Assembly: GCA_963705505.1 (NCBI GenBank)
Contig: CAVPJU010000010.1
Location: 1-64,000, forward strand
Origin: an uncultured bacterium
GTDB lineage: Bacteria > Desulfobacterota_D > UBA1144 > Nemesobacterales > UBA2774
Length of the DNA: 64,000 nt
Direction: 5' to 3'
Shown one piece after another: positions 29,911-40,561 of the stretch. Numbering within the stretch: the first letter of the stretch is position 1; every line of letters begins with the position of its first letter. Both the position numbers and the translations under genes were made by a program. Below the pieces are notes generated by a model. The model made no database searches, was not told the origin of the DNA, and saw only the letters and a program-made list of their open reading frames with translations.

Positions 29911-30198
29911 CTACCGACCCTTACCTATTTCTTCGGCTGCAATTGCGGCACTCCACTTTACAATGTTGTAGAGTATACTTTGATTTCCCCTGTAAATCCA
30001 TGATGAAATTTTAATCAACGAAGTCGTAACCCCCGTCTATCTCTATTATTTTTCCTGTAATTAGCTTTGAAATGTCCATGTCGAGGCCAGCTTCGGTTTC
30101 CGCCTTTTTTTGTAGCTGGCTTAAGTGATCTCTCGATTCGAGCAATCTCGCCAGTCAGGACGAGGCTAACAACCGGAATGATTTCGGTCATGAGTTCG

Positions 30199-31062
30199 TT
30201 ACACCCGCCGCGGCCCCTTTTCCAGTCGGCCCCAGCCGAGCGCAATCAGGGCGGAGGCTAAAGTCTGGAATATGCCGTACACCAATACCGCGGTCACGGC
30301 CGGCGTGCCCGGGAAGCTCCCCGTGGCAATGACGAGGCTCACACTGACATTGCGCACGGATGTCGTGAGCGCCATACTCTTACGGTTCGCGCTCCCGGAT
30401 TCGCTCAGCAGAAAACCCGCCGCCAGGGATAAAATAAGGAGCGCGATCATTCCGGCGTAACCTCTCATGCTGACCGCGGTGAGCACGTGGAACTGGACTA
30501 CAAGGATAAACCCCAGAACCAGTAGATTGAGAGCCTTGCTTAACTGGTTGAACGGTTTCTGCAGCCTTGCTGCTAGTGCAGGACGCCACTGGCGAACGAA
30601 AAGCCCGATGCACAAAGGCATTAATTGAGTCACGAGGAGCGTGATGAGAACCCTGCCCGCATCTACGCTAAGCGTTTCGCCTCCCCCCATCAACGGCAGT
30701 AGCAAATACAACAGCACCGGGGCGACGATCGCAGACGATCCCGCTAGAATTACCATCAACCCGACCGCTGCGGACACATTGCCTTTGGCGATCGCGGTGA
30801 AGGGCGGAGCGTAGGGAGCGCCGGGGCACGCAGCGACAATGAGAAACCCCGCGGCCACCAGGGGATCGGGATGAAACAAAAGCAGTAATCCAAGCACGGC
30901 AAGGGGAACGCAAACATAGTTGGCAAGCGCGGCACGCGTCACGAGGCGGAGGTTCCGGGCAACGCCCATTATCTCCGCAAACCTCACGCTCAGACCGATG
31001 GCCACCATCATCTCAAACAGAGTGATCGTAATGAGGATGTTGATCAGCTTGTCAATCGTCAT
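30199..31062 (-). CDS. Bile acid:sodium symporter (BASS/SBF) family transporter
   Basis: ALANYVCVP, ACPG, AKGNV, TSVRN motifs; multiple TM helices; start uncertain (ORF open to 31113). Confidence 0.85.
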   Translation of the reverse strand: MTIDKLINILITITLFEMMVAIGLSVRFAEIMGVARNLRLVTRAALANYVCVPLAVLGLLLLFHPDPLVAAGFLIVAACPGAPYAPPFTAIAKGNVSAAVGLMVILAGSSAIVAPVLLYLLLPLMGGGETLSVDAGRVLITLLVTQLMPLCIGLFVRQWRPALAARLQKPFNQLSKALNLLVLGFILVVQFHVLTAVSMRGYAGMIALLILSLAAGFLLSESGSANRKSMALTTSVRNVSVSLVIATGSFPGTPAVTAVLVYGIFQTLASALIALGWGRLEKGPRRV

Positions 31063-31434
31063 CGCGGTACCCCATATCGGCCGGGTGAGGACTATGCTAT
31101 CGCTCACGAACAATAACCTTCATGGACTATAGCATACTTAGAGCTGTTCATCGTCCGTCGGCCGGGATTCGGGCAGCTCAAAAAAACTTTTAGTGGATGA
31201 GAGTTAGTTAAATAGTAGTGGTCAAGACCGTCCGGTTAAAATAGATTTAGCCAACTTCCCTAAGCAAACATTAAGAAATGTAACCCGAAATCTGTATGTT
31301 TTTCTGACAATCTCATTCATTTCATCGATTGTAAAATAACAAAACAATCAATATTTCTAGAATGATACACCGAATCCCCAAATTGGCATGAAATGTGCCC
31401 ATAATTAATAAGAAGCATAAAAGGGAGGCGTAGC

Positions 31435-33159
31435 ATGAAAAGAATCCTGTTTGCAATATTCTTGATTTGTTCTTTTTCAATCGTTGTCAATCAAACTGCA
31501 TTCTGCAAGGGAAACGACGCCAGGGCCGGTCAGGCCTACGAGCATAAGGAGACTCTCGATATAGTCGCTTTGGTAGATGACGCGGCAGAGTTGGTCAGCA
31601 CCAAAGGAGAAGCGGCCTTTAGCGATTTCCGTGTGTCCGGCAGCCGCTGGCGGCAGGGAGATATGTATATATTTGTGCTGGATACTCAGGGGAACATGCT
31701 TGTTCATCCCGATCCGTCAATGGAAGGCAAGAACGAGCTTGATCTGAAGGACATCAACGGGAAACCCGTCATCCGGGGACTCATCGGCGCAGCTATGGTT
31801 CCAGGCAAATCCGAAGGCTGGTACCACTACGAATGGCCTGTTCCGGGGGGCATTCTTCCCCGATGGAAGAGCACCTACGTCCGGCTCGTGACGGCTCCCG
31901 ACGGCAAGAGTTATATCGTGGGCAGCGGCATCTACAACGACCGCATGGAAAGAGCCTTCGTCGTGGATATGGTGCGGGACGCAGTCGCGCAGATCGAGAA
32001 GAACGGCGAGGCGGCTTTTAGCCTCTTCCATGATAGGACAGGTCCATTTATCGCAAAGGACGCCTACATTTTTGTCATCGACCCGAGCGGAGTCGATCTC
32101 GTCAATCCGGGCTTTCCGAACCTGGAAGGCCGCAACATTCTGGACGTGAAGGACACCCAGGGAAGGATGTTGATCCGGGAGATGCTCCGGGTCGTCGAAA
32201 CCAGCGGTTCCGGCTGGGTCGACTATATGTGGCCCAAACCGGGAGAAAGTGTCTCCACTCAGAAATCCGCTTATGTGAGCAAGGCGAAGATGGGCGACCA
32301 GTGGGTGCTGGTAGGTAGCGGTGTATACCTTGCCGATGCTCCCAAAGCGGTCCAGGCCGGCGAGAAGATGACCGCTTCGGAGCTGATGACGCTTGTCCGG
32401 GAAGGAGCAGCGGTCCTGGAAAAGCAAGGCGAGAAGGCTTATCCCGAGTTCCGACAGAAAGGATCAAAGTGGTTCCGTGATGATACTTATTTCTTTGTCT
32501 GGACCATGGACGGAACCAGAGTTTTTCATGCCGCGGATCCATCACTCGAGGGCCGGAATGCAAGCGGTGTCAAGGATGTCCTGGGAAGACCCTATGGCAA
32601 GATGTTCCTGGAGACGGCTGCCGGACCTGCCGGTGAGGGGTGGGTCCACTACATGTATCCCGAGCCGGGGAACATTTTCCCGACGTGGAAGTCAACTTTC
32701 GTGAAGCGGGTGACCTTTCCTTCCGGGAAAGAGTACATCATCGGTTCCGGTATCTACAACATGCAGATGGATAAGCCCTTCGTCGAGGATGTGGTGAATC
32801 GTGCCGCTGCCCTTGTCGCGGAACAGGGGAAGGATGCCTTTAGCCAATTGCGCGACAAGACGGGGCCCTTCATATTTATGGATACCTATGTGTTTGTCGA
32901 TACACCCGATGGCACCGAGCTGGTGAATCCCGCCCAGCCCAGCCTGGAAGGAAAGAATCTCATTGACCTGAGGGATCTGAAGGGGAAAGCGGTAGTCCGG
33001 GAGGAAATCGCCGCCGCCATGAAAGACGGCAGCGCCTGGCTCGATCTCTACTGGTACAAGCCCGGACAAAATACTCCTGCACGAAAGCGGACCTTCGTGA
33101 GGAAGGTGCAATCCGGTGAGGAGACTTATATCGTCGGCTCGGGTTTCTACCCGGAATAG
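31435..33159 (+). CDS. Exported protein made of four tandem Cache_2-like domains
   Basis: Four units YxFV...HP/NP..LEGxN...D..G...GWxxYxWPxPG...K.....(I/L)(V/I)GSGxY; signal peptide only. Confidence 0.85.
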   Translation: MKRILFAIFLICSFSIVVNQTAFCKGNDARAGQAYEHKETLDIVALVDDAAELVSTKGEAAFSDFRVSGSRWRQGDMYIFVLDTQGNMLVHPDPSMEGKNELDLKDINGKPVIRGLIGAAMVPGKSEGWYHYEWPVPGGILPRWKSTYVRLVTAPDGKSYIVGSGIYNDRMERAFVVDMVRDAVAQIEKNGEAAFSLFHDRTGPFIAKDAYIFVIDPSGVDLVNPGFPNLEGRNILDVKDTQGRMLIREMLRVVETSGSGWVDYMWPKPGESVSTQKSAYVSKAKMGDQWVLVGSGVYLADAPKAVQAGEKMTASELMTLVREGAAVLEKQGEKAYPEFRQKGSKWFRDDTYFFVWTMDGTRVFHAADPSLEGRNASGVKDVLGRPYGKMFLETAAGPAGEGWVHYMYPEPGNIFPTWKSTFVKRVTFPSGKEYIIGSGIYNMQMDKPFVEDVVNRAAALVAEQGKDAFSQLRDKTGPFIFMDTYVFVDTPDGTELVNPAQPSLEGKNLIDLRDLKGKAVVREEIAAAMKDGSAWLDLYWYKPGQNTPARKRTFVRKVQSGEETYIVGSGFYPE

Positions 33160-33298
33160 CAAATGAATATCTGCGCTAAGCTTGCAAGAAACGAATAAGG
33201 GTGAAATTCACGGAACGATAAAATGGTAAAAGCTGTGCTGGAGGCTGAATGAGCGGTCTGCCAGTCGGATAAAACGGCTGGGAGAAGGCGGGCCGGAC

Positions 33299-33357
33299 TT
33301 GCAGAAAATCTATGAATTAGCTAATGTTATTAATATGATAGAATACGTAACGCCATA
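33299..33357 (+). repeat. Direct repeat copy 1: promoter and first 7 codons of the radical SAM gene (attL-like)
   Basis: 33322-33357 matches 40526-40561 at 32/36 nt with an 18-nt exact core TGTTATTAATATGATAGA; encodes MIEYVTP-stop. Confidence 0.85.
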
Positions 33358-33401
33358 GGTCAGTTATGTATTCCAATATCACAATCAACGCATATGTCGG
33401 T

Positions 33402-35786
33402 TTAGTGCGTGTTCCATTTCCAGTCCCGAATCTCGGGCATGTCTTCGCCGTGTTTGTGAATATAGTGTTTGTGGTCGAGCAGTTTGTCGCGGATGAATTG
33501 TTTGGCGTAGGCGCCCCTCGAGCCCAGACTCGAAACACGATCGATCACGTCACCGACCAAATGAAATCGGTCGAGGTCATTCAGGACCGCCATGTCGAAG
33601 GGAGTTGTAGTGGTTCCCTCTTCCTTGTAACCGCGAACGTGCAAGTTCTTGTGGTTATTTCGGCGATAGGTCAGACGATGAATCAACCAGGGATAACCAT
33701 GATAGGCGAAGATGATCGGTTTGTCCTTGGTGAAGAGCAGATCGAAGTCATTGTCACTCAGTCCATGGGGATGCTCGCTTGCAGGCTGGAGCTTCATCAA
33801 GTCCACCACGTTAATCACGCGGATCTTTAGGTCTGGTAAGTGGTGTCGCAGTATCTCCACAGCTGCCAGCGTTTCCAAGGTCGGGACATCTCCCGCACAA
33901 GCCATCACTACATCCGGCTCGTCCCCCTCATCGTTGCTGGCCCACTCCCAAATGCCCAGCCCAGCCGTGCAGTGTTTAACGGCGGAATCAATATCCAGCC
34001 ATTGGAGCCCCGGCTGTTTGCCTGCAACAATAACATTGACGTAATGGCGGCTGCGCAGACAATGGTCGGCCACCGACAGCAAGGTGTTGGCATCAGGCGG
34101 TAGATATACGCGGATGATATTGGACTTCTTATTCACCACATGGTCGATGAAACCCGGGTCCTGGTGACTGAAACCGTTGTGGTCTTGACGCCACACATGA
34201 GAGGTGAGCAGATAATTCAGCGAGGCGATGGGGCGTCTCCACGGGATGTGACGTGTCACCTTGAGCCATTTGGCATGTTGGTTGAACATCGAGTCCACGA
34301 TGTGAATGAACGCTTCATAGCAGGAGAACAACCCGTGGCGACCGGTGAGGAGATAACCTTCCAACCAACCCTGACACAAATGCTCGCTCAGCACCTCCAT
34401 TACCCGGCCGTCGGGTGATACATGGTCATCCGTTTTCAGAATTTCAGCGGTGGAGACGCGGTCGGTGATGTCGAACAAGTTCGTGAGACGGTTCGACGCG
34501 GTTTCATCGGGGCCAAAAACCCGGAAGTTACGTTCTTCCCAATTCATTTTCATGACGTCCCGTACGAACGCTCCCATGATCCGAGTCGCTTCTGCAATTT
34601 CTGTGCCAGGCTGGGGAACAGCCACTGCATAATCTCGAAAATCCGGCATTTTCAGATCGCGAAGGAGAATCCCTCCATTAGCATGAGGATTGGCCCCCAT
34701 TCGCCGCTCGCCCTTCGGGGCCAGTTCAGCGAGTTCTGGAATGAGTTTACCGCTCTCATCGAAAAGCTCCTCAGGCTTGTAGCTCTTCATCCATTGCTCC
34801 AGCATTTTCAGGTGCTGGGGGTTCGTCCCAATTTCTGAAAGAGGCACTTGGTGCGAGCGAAACGTGCCCTCGACCGGCAGGCCATCCACTTCCTTCGGGC
34901 CTGTCCAACCCTTGGGTGTGCGCAAAATGATCATGGGCCACTGCGGCCGCTTCTTAAATCCTCCAGCGCGAGCCGTAGTCTGGATGTGTGTGATCTCCTC
35001 GATGATCGTATCCAGTGTGCCGGCCATGACCTGGTGAATTTCTTCGGGCTCTTCCCCCTCGACGAAATATGGATGGTAGCCATACCCACGAAAGAGTTGG
35101 TCCAATTCCTCGTGACTGATACGCGCTAGGATGGTGGGGTTGGCAATCTTGTAGCCATTCAGGTGAAGAATGGGCAGGACCCCTCCATCGTGGACGGGAT
35201 TGAGGAATTTGTTCGAGTGCCAACTGGCGGCCAATGGACCAGTTTCTGCTTCGCCATCGCCGACTACACATGCGACCAGCAGGCCAGGATTGTCAAACGC
35301 AGCGCCATAAGCGTGGGCTAGCGAGTAGCCAAGTTCCCCTCCTTCGTTAATCGAGCCTGGTGTTTCCGGAGCGACGTGGCTGGGAATCCCGCCGGGAAAG
35401 GAAAACTGGGTAAACAACTTTTTCATACCCGGTTCATCCTGCGAGACTTCCGGGTAGAATTCGCTGTAGGTGTCCTCCAGATAAGTGTTGGCTACCAATC
35501 CGGGTCCTCCGTGACCAGGACCGGCGACATAGATCATGTCGAGGTTATATTTTTTGATGACCCGGTTGAGATGAACATAGATAAAGTTCAAACCGGGCGT
35601 GGTGCCCCAATGACCGAGGAGTCGTGGCTTTACGTGCTCAAGCTTGAGCGGTTTCTTCAACCGCGGGTTGTCACAAAGATAAATTTGGCCGACAGATAGA
35701 TAGTTGGCGGCACGCCAATAGGCATTCATCTTTCGCAGCTCATCGTCTGTGAGCGTCTTATCCGCAGGGTTCGTCTTTTTATTCAT
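33402..35786 (-). CDS. xfp: Phosphoketolase
   Basis: [40 protein letters not shown]. Confidence 0.96.
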   Translation of the reverse strand: MNKKTNPADKTLTDDELRKMNAYWRAANYLSVGQIYLCDNPRLKKPLKLEHVKPRLLGHWGTTPGLNFIYVHLNRVIKKYNLDMIYVAGPGHGGPGLVANTYLEDTYSEFYPEVSQDEPGMKKLFTQFSFPGGIPSHVAPETPGSINEGGELGYSLAHAYGAAFDNPGLLVACVVGDGEAETGPLAASWHSNKFLNPVHDGGVLPILHLNGYKIANPTILARISHEELDQLFRGYGYHPYFVEGEEPEEIHQVMAGTLDTIIEEITHIQTTARAGGFKKRPQWPMIILRTPKGWTGPKEVDGLPVEGTFRSHQVPLSEIGTNPQHLKMLEQWMKSYKPEELFDESGKLIPELAELAPKGERRMGANPHANGGILLRDLKMPDFRDYAVAVPQPGTEIAEATRIMGAFVRDVMKMNWEERNFRVFGPDETASNRLTNLFDITDRVSTAEILKTDDHVSPDGRVMEVLSEHLCQGWLEGYLLTGRHGLFSCYEAFIHIVDSMFNQHAKWLKVTRHIPWRRPIASLNYLLTSHVWRQDHNGFSHQDPGFIDHVVNKKSNIIRVYLPPDANTLLSVADHCLRSRHYVNVIVAGKQPGLQWLDIDSAVKHCTAGLGIWEWASNDEGDEPDVVMACAGDVPTLETLAAVEILRHHLPDLKIRVINVVDLMKLQPASEHPHGLSDNDFDLLFTKDKPIIFAYHGYPWLIHRLTYRRNNHKNLHVRGYKEEGTTTTPFDMAVLNDLDRFHLVGDVIDRVSSLGSRGAYAKQFIRDKLLDHKHYIHKHGEDMPEIRDWKWNTH

Positions 35787-35950
35787 CGATCTTCTCCTCA
35801 ACGCTCACTGAGACTGATTAAGATGCATATACTCATTCATATATAAAATATACTTTCGTCATTCGGAAATAACTAATATGGTTATTCGTTCACACACGCC
35901 GAAGTAATATTGTCTCCGGCTTCATGGACGTTCCCGCGTTAAAAGTCGAG

Positions 35951-38494
35951 TCACCGCTGCCACAGGATGTGAGGGGCTTCCAGGGGAACCACAACCCCGG
36001 GGTAGCTTGGTATCACTCGCGCCGTATAGTCAGTCGCCGGGCGTGTTGCAGGCACTCGTGCGCTATAGACGTAGACGCTAACTGCCCCCTCAGGTTGTCG
36101 GACCTGTGTCATTTCCTGCCGCACGGAACCGCCGCCGTTGAGTCCCCGGGCATAAAGCTCTACTCGTACCGCACTCGGGTCGAGGTCATTAAGATAGACC
36201 TGAATTTCAAAGACATATTCTTCCCCATCGGTCTCAACCTTCTCGTCGCTTAAGCGCAGCGTATCCCAATTTTCTTTCAGAGCCTGTTGCCAATTGACTA
36301 GCTGCACACCCACTGCGCCTTTATCATATGCGCGTTTACGGCAGGCAGTTGCAGCCGGGAGGTAGTGATCCTCGGTATATTCGCGGACTGTGCGGGCGGC
36401 GGAAAAACGCGGCGTCAATTGCGCCATGCTTTCCCGCATCCGCGCCACCCAAGCAGTGGGAATGCCCTTCGCGTCCCGGTTGTAGAACTCGGGGATCACC
36501 TCGTGTTCGAGCAAGTCGTAGAGCGCTTCCGCTTCGGCAACGTCCCAGGCCGGATCGTTGCCATGTTCCCGGCCGTCACCCAACGCCCACCCCACTTCCG
36601 GAGTGTAGGCTTCCGCCCACCAGCCATCCAACTCCGAGAGGTTGATACCACCATTGACGAGCACCTTCATGCCGCTCGTTCCGCTGGCCTCCCATGGCCG
36701 TCGCGGCGTGTTGATCCAGACATCCACACCCTGTACCAGACGCTCAGCCAATGACATGTCGTAGTCACCGAGGAACATCACATGGTTGCGCGCCTTGGGC
36801 CTCAGGATGAATTGGATCCATTCACGGATCATGGCCTGGCCCGGATGGTCCGCCGGATGGCTCTTGCCGGCAATGATGAGTTGCGCGGGGCGCTGAGGGT
36901 TCGTTAACAGGCGAAGCAACCGGTCCGGGTCGTGCAGAAGGAGATTCGGTCTTTTATAGGTTGCGAAGCGGCGCGCAAAGCCCAACGTCAGTGTGTTGGG
37001 ATTGAATAGGCGATTCACCCCCTTTGCCTTGGACGCCATTCCGGAGGCGGTCATTTGCTTTGTCAATCGTTCTCGAGCGTATTCAATGAGAGACTTGCGG
37101 ACAGTGGAGCGCAGTTGCCACAGCTTGGCGTCGGGGACGCGGCGTATGTCCTGGTCCAGGGTTTCCGTCGTTCTCCGCCAGGGGTGTTTCCCGCAAGCCT
37201 CGGTCCAAAGGCCGTCGGCGGCTGCCGAGTCCCAAGTTGTCATGTGGACTCCATTGGTCACGTGCCCGACCGGCACTTCATCCTCCGGCCAGCTAGGGAA
37301 AAGAGGTTGAAAAATGCGCCGGCTTACCTCCCCATGCAGGCGGCTCACCCCGTTTATCGCTCCACTTCCTCGAGCCGCAAGGTAAGCCATATTGAAAGGC
37401 TCTGACGAGTCGTTCGGGTTTTGCCGGCCAAGGGCCAGCAAATCGTAGAGTGCAATGCCGAGCTTATTTCGAGCGTAATCACCGAGGTACTGCTCGATGA
37501 GGTCAGGAGCGAAGCTGTCAAAACCGGCAGCCACCGGCGTGTGTGTGGTGAAGAGGTTACCAGCTCGTGTGACGGCAAGGGCGACCTCGAAAGATTGTCC
37601 TGTTTCCTCCATGAAACATCGTGCGCGTTCCAGCACCGCAAAAGCCGCATGCCCTTCATTCAGGTGGCAGACTTCCGGCTGGATGCCGAGCGAACGAAGT
37701 AGCCGCCAGCCGCCGATCCCTAGTACTAGTTCTTGCTTGAGGCGCAGCTCTGGCCCGCCCCCGTAAAGCTCGCTTGTAATTCCTCTATGAGCCGGGAAGT
37801 TCACCGCGTCATTGCTGTCCAGCAGGTAAAGCTTCACTCTGCCAACCTGGACCTGCCATGCACGCAGCGAGACCGAGTAACCGGGTAATTCGATCTCCAC
37901 CCGCAACCACTCCCCGCTCGATTCCCGCAGGGGTAGGATCGGCAATTGACCGGCATCATTGAAGGGGAAGAGAGCCTGTTGCGCCCCGTCCTTGTCGATC
38001 ACCTGGCGAAAATAGCCCTGCTGGTAGAGCAGCCCCACGGCGACCACCGGCACACCCAGGTCGCTGGCGGCTTTAAGCTGGTCGCCGGCCACATTGCCAA
38101 GCCCGCCTGAATAGATGGGGAGAGCTTCGCTCAACATGAATTCCATGCTGAAATAAGCGATATAGATCAGGGGTGCTTCTGGATGATGTTGCTGAAACCA
38201 TGCAGGCGTCCGGGCTGCCGACTGCCTATCCTGCAGCACGTCACTCAGCTGTTTGCGAAAGTCGGAATCGGATAAGACCCGCTCGAGCTGTTTCCTCGAG
38301 ACAGTTTGCAGGACGACCCAGGGATTATGCGTACGTTCCCATAGCGCTGGATCAAGTTGCATCCAGATTCCATCGGCGGCATGATTCCACGCCGAGCGCA
38401 TGTCCAGCGCCAACTCTGCGAGCGAATCGAATCCCTCCAGATCAGTGGGTAGAAAAGAGTAGATCGGGTTGTTAATGAGTGCTTGTTTGCTCAT
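35951..38494 (-). CDS. glgP: Alpha-glucan (glycogen) phosphorylase
   Basis: YSGGLG, HLNEGH, ARRFATYKR, EASGTSGMK. Confidence 0.95.
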   Translation of the reverse strand: MSKQALINNPIYSFLPTDLEGFDSLAELALDMRSAWNHAADGIWMQLDPALWERTHNPWVVLQTVSRKQLERVLSDSDFRKQLSDVLQDRQSAARTPAWFQQHHPEAPLIYIAYFSMEFMLSEALPIYSGGLGNVAGDQLKAASDLGVPVVAVGLLYQQGYFRQVIDKDGAQQALFPFNDAGQLPILPLRESSGEWLRVEIELPGYSVSLRAWQVQVGRVKLYLLDSNDAVNFPAHRGITSELYGGGPELRLKQELVLGIGGWRLLRSLGIQPEVCHLNEGHAAFAVLERARCFMEETGQSFEVALAVTRAGNLFTTHTPVAAGFDSFAPDLIEQYLGDYARNKLGIALYDLLALGRQNPNDSSEPFNMAYLAARGSGAINGVSRLHGEVSRRIFQPLFPSWPEDEVPVGHVTNGVHMTTWDSAAADGLWTEACGKHPWRRTTETLDQDIRRVPDAKLWQLRSTVRKSLIEYARERLTKQMTASGMASKAKGVNRLFNPNTLTLGFARRFATYKRPNLLLHDPDRLLRLLTNPQRPAQLIIAGKSHPADHPGQAMIREWIQFILRPKARNHVMFLGDYDMSLAERLVQGVDVWINTPRRPWEASGTSGMKVLVNGGINLSELDGWWAEAYTPEVGWALGDGREHGNDPAWDVAEAEALYDLLEHEVIPEFYNRDAKGIPTAWVARMRESMAQLTPRFSAARTVREYTEDHYLPAATACRKRAYDKGAVGVQLVNWQQALKENWDTLRLSDEKVETDGEEYVFEIQVYLNDLDPSAVRVELYARGLNGGGSVRQEMTQVRQPEGAVSVYVYSARVPATRPATDYTARVIPSYPGVVVPLEAPHILWQR

Positions 38495-38608
38495 GGTTTC
38501 TCCTTCAGATTTTTCCGTAAAGAAAATCCGGAACTACATTTACTATGTTTTTCCTTCGCTGCAATACACATCAACAGGCCTGCTTCATATGTTGCGATAA
38601 CGGCTCGA

Positions 38609-40273
38609 TCATGTATCGTTGCTGCTCCTTGCCGCCTTCAAAGCGCAGTTGACGATTGCCTGTGCCTCTTCCTGGATGCGGCGCAAATGATCCTTCCCAC
38701 TAAAACTCTCCGCATAAATCTTGTAGATATCCTCCGTCCCGGAAGGACGAGCCGCGAACCATCCGGTCTCGGCAATAATCTTCAATCCCCCGATGGAACC
38801 GCCATTGCCCGGTGCTTGAGTGAGTATGGCTTGGATTTTTTCGCCCGCCAGATCTGTGGATCGAACCTGGTCGGGTGAGAGTCTTTCCAGCGCTTCCTTT
38901 TGCTCCTGGGTGGCTGGCGCCTCAATCCGTTCGTAAACGGGCTCACCTAACTCACGAGTAAGCTTCCGGTAGATCTCGCCAGGGTCGCAGCCCATACGTG
39001 CTGTGATCTCTGCCGAGAGCAGCGCTGGGATGATACCGTCTTTATCCGTGGTCCATACACTACCATCAAGGCGGAGAAAAGAAGCTCCCGCGCTTTCTTC
39101 ACCGACGAAACCAAGCGAACCATCAAGGAGACCATCAACGAACCACTTAAAGCCAACCGGCACCTCATAGAGCTTCCTACCGAGCTTGGCGGTGACGCGA
39201 TCTATCATCTGGCTACTTACAACTGTCTTACCTACCGCCGCTTCCTGCCGCCACTTAGGTCGGTATTGGAAAAGGTAGAAGATGGCGACTGACAGATAGT
39301 CATTGGGCGGCAACAAACCCACACTCTTGGTAACAATGCCGTGTCGGTCATGATCTGTGTCGCAGGCGAATGCGATCTCGAAACGATCCTTCAATTTGAT
39401 TAATCGCTGCATCACATAGGGCGAGGAAGGATCCATGCGTACCTGGCCATCCCAATCAACGGTCATGAAACGAAAGGTCGGATCGACCATCTCGTTTACG
39501 ATCTTGAGGTTCAACCCGTAGCGATCAGCAATCGGACCCCAATAGTGGACCCCGGCTCCACCGAGTGGATCCACGCCCAGGCTGATCTTCGAACCGCGGA
39601 TGGCGTCCATGTCAATTACACTGCCGAGGTCGTTCACATAAGCATCAAGGTAGTCGTACCGGTGCGTCGTGTCTGCGCGAAGAGCTTTTTCAAAGGAAAT
39701 TCTTTTTACGCCTTGGAGGCGATTTTTGAGAAACTCATTTGCCTTCGCCTCGATCCAGCCGGTAATGTCAGGTCCCGCCGGCCCGCCGGTGGGGGGATTG
39801 TACTTTAAGCCACCATCATCCGGCGGGTTGTGCGAGGGCGTGATCACAATGCCATCGGCAACTCCTGTTGTGCGGTTGCGGTTGTACATTAGAATCGCGT
39901 GAGAAACGGCAGGAGTCGGCGTATATTCATCACGCTCAGCGATCATGACATCCAATCCGTTTGCCGCCAGCACTTCAAGCACACTGGCAAAAGCCGGCAC
40001 GGAAAGTGCATGGGTGTCCATACCCAGGAACAGCGGGCCATCGATCTTCTGCTGCTGGCGGTACAGGCAAATGGCCTGACTGATTGAGAGAATATGCCAT
40101 TCATTGAAAGTCTTCTCGAATGATGAACCACGATGCCCCGAGGTACCGAACACGACCCTTTCTTCAGTAACCGAATGATCAGGCATCTCACTATAATAAG
40201 CAGTGACTAGCTTGGGTATATTAACCAGCCTTGAAGGCTTGACAGGCTTTCCTGCAAAATGATTCAAATTCAT
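38609..40273 (-). CDS. pgm: Phosphoglucomutase
   Basis: FGTSGHRG, TPSHNP, DTDHDRH, GEESAG, RPSGTE. Confidence 0.96.
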   Translation of the reverse strand: MNLNHFAGKPVKPSRLVNIPKLVTAYYSEMPDHSVTEERVVFGTSGHRGSSFEKTFNEWHILSISQAICLYRQQQKIDGPLFLGMDTHALSVPAFASVLEVLAANGLDVMIAERDEYTPTPAVSHAILMYNRNRTTGVADGIVITPSHNPPDDGGLKYNPPTGGPAGPDITGWIEAKANEFLKNRLQGVKRISFEKALRADTTHRYDYLDAYVNDLGSVIDMDAIRGSKISLGVDPLGGAGVHYWGPIADRYGLNLKIVNEMVDPTFRFMTVDWDGQVRMDPSSPYVMQRLIKLKDRFEIAFACDTDHDRHGIVTKSVGLLPPNDYLSVAIFYLFQYRPKWRQEAAVGKTVVSSQMIDRVTAKLGRKLYEVPVGFKWFVDGLLDGSLGFVGEESAGASFLRLDGSVWTTDKDGIIPALLSAEITARMGCDPGEIYRKLTRELGEPVYERIEAPATQEQKEALERLSPDQVRSTDLAGEKIQAILTQAPGNGGSIGGLKIIAETGWFAARPSGTEDIYKIYAESFSGKDHLRRIQEEAQAIVNCALKAARSSNDT

Positions 40274-40502
40274 TGCATAACGACCTGATGCTGTTCTAAA
40301 TCATGTATGAATAAATAAGACAATAAAGAATCCGGAAGCCGCTATATCAAAAACCAAGACCCCAACCTTATTCTAAACAATTATTATTAAGGTATTGTGA
40401 AAATCAGAGCAATAGAAACCGATGAATGAATTTTTTATCAGATTTTTACGCGAGACTATATGTTAATTCGTCTGATATTTCGCATGCTTTAGCGAACGTG
40501 AT

Positions 40503-40561
40503 TTGTAAAAATCCTGAACATTTGTTAGTGTTATTAATATGATAGATTACGTAACTCCCTA
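40503..40561 (+). repeat. Direct repeat copy 2 (attR-like), including promoter of the radical SAM gene
   Basis: TTGTAA-17-TAGTGT-7-ATG; same layout as TTGCAG-17-TAATGT-7-ATG at 33299. Confidence 0.85.

Larger units (their letters stand above)
33322..40561. mobile_element. Integrase-less islet carrying pgm-glgP-xfp, bounded by direct repeats
   Basis: Flanking direct repeats of the 5' end of the downstream gene; codon style differs from core genes. Confidence 0.6.

Noticed and set aside
31213..31240. IS3-like terminal repeat (GTAGTGGTCAAG)
   Set aside because: No partner end and no transposase remnant
40441..40468. dif-like site (ATATGTTAATT)
   Set aside because: Only a partial XerD-like arm; no XerC arm at the correct spacing
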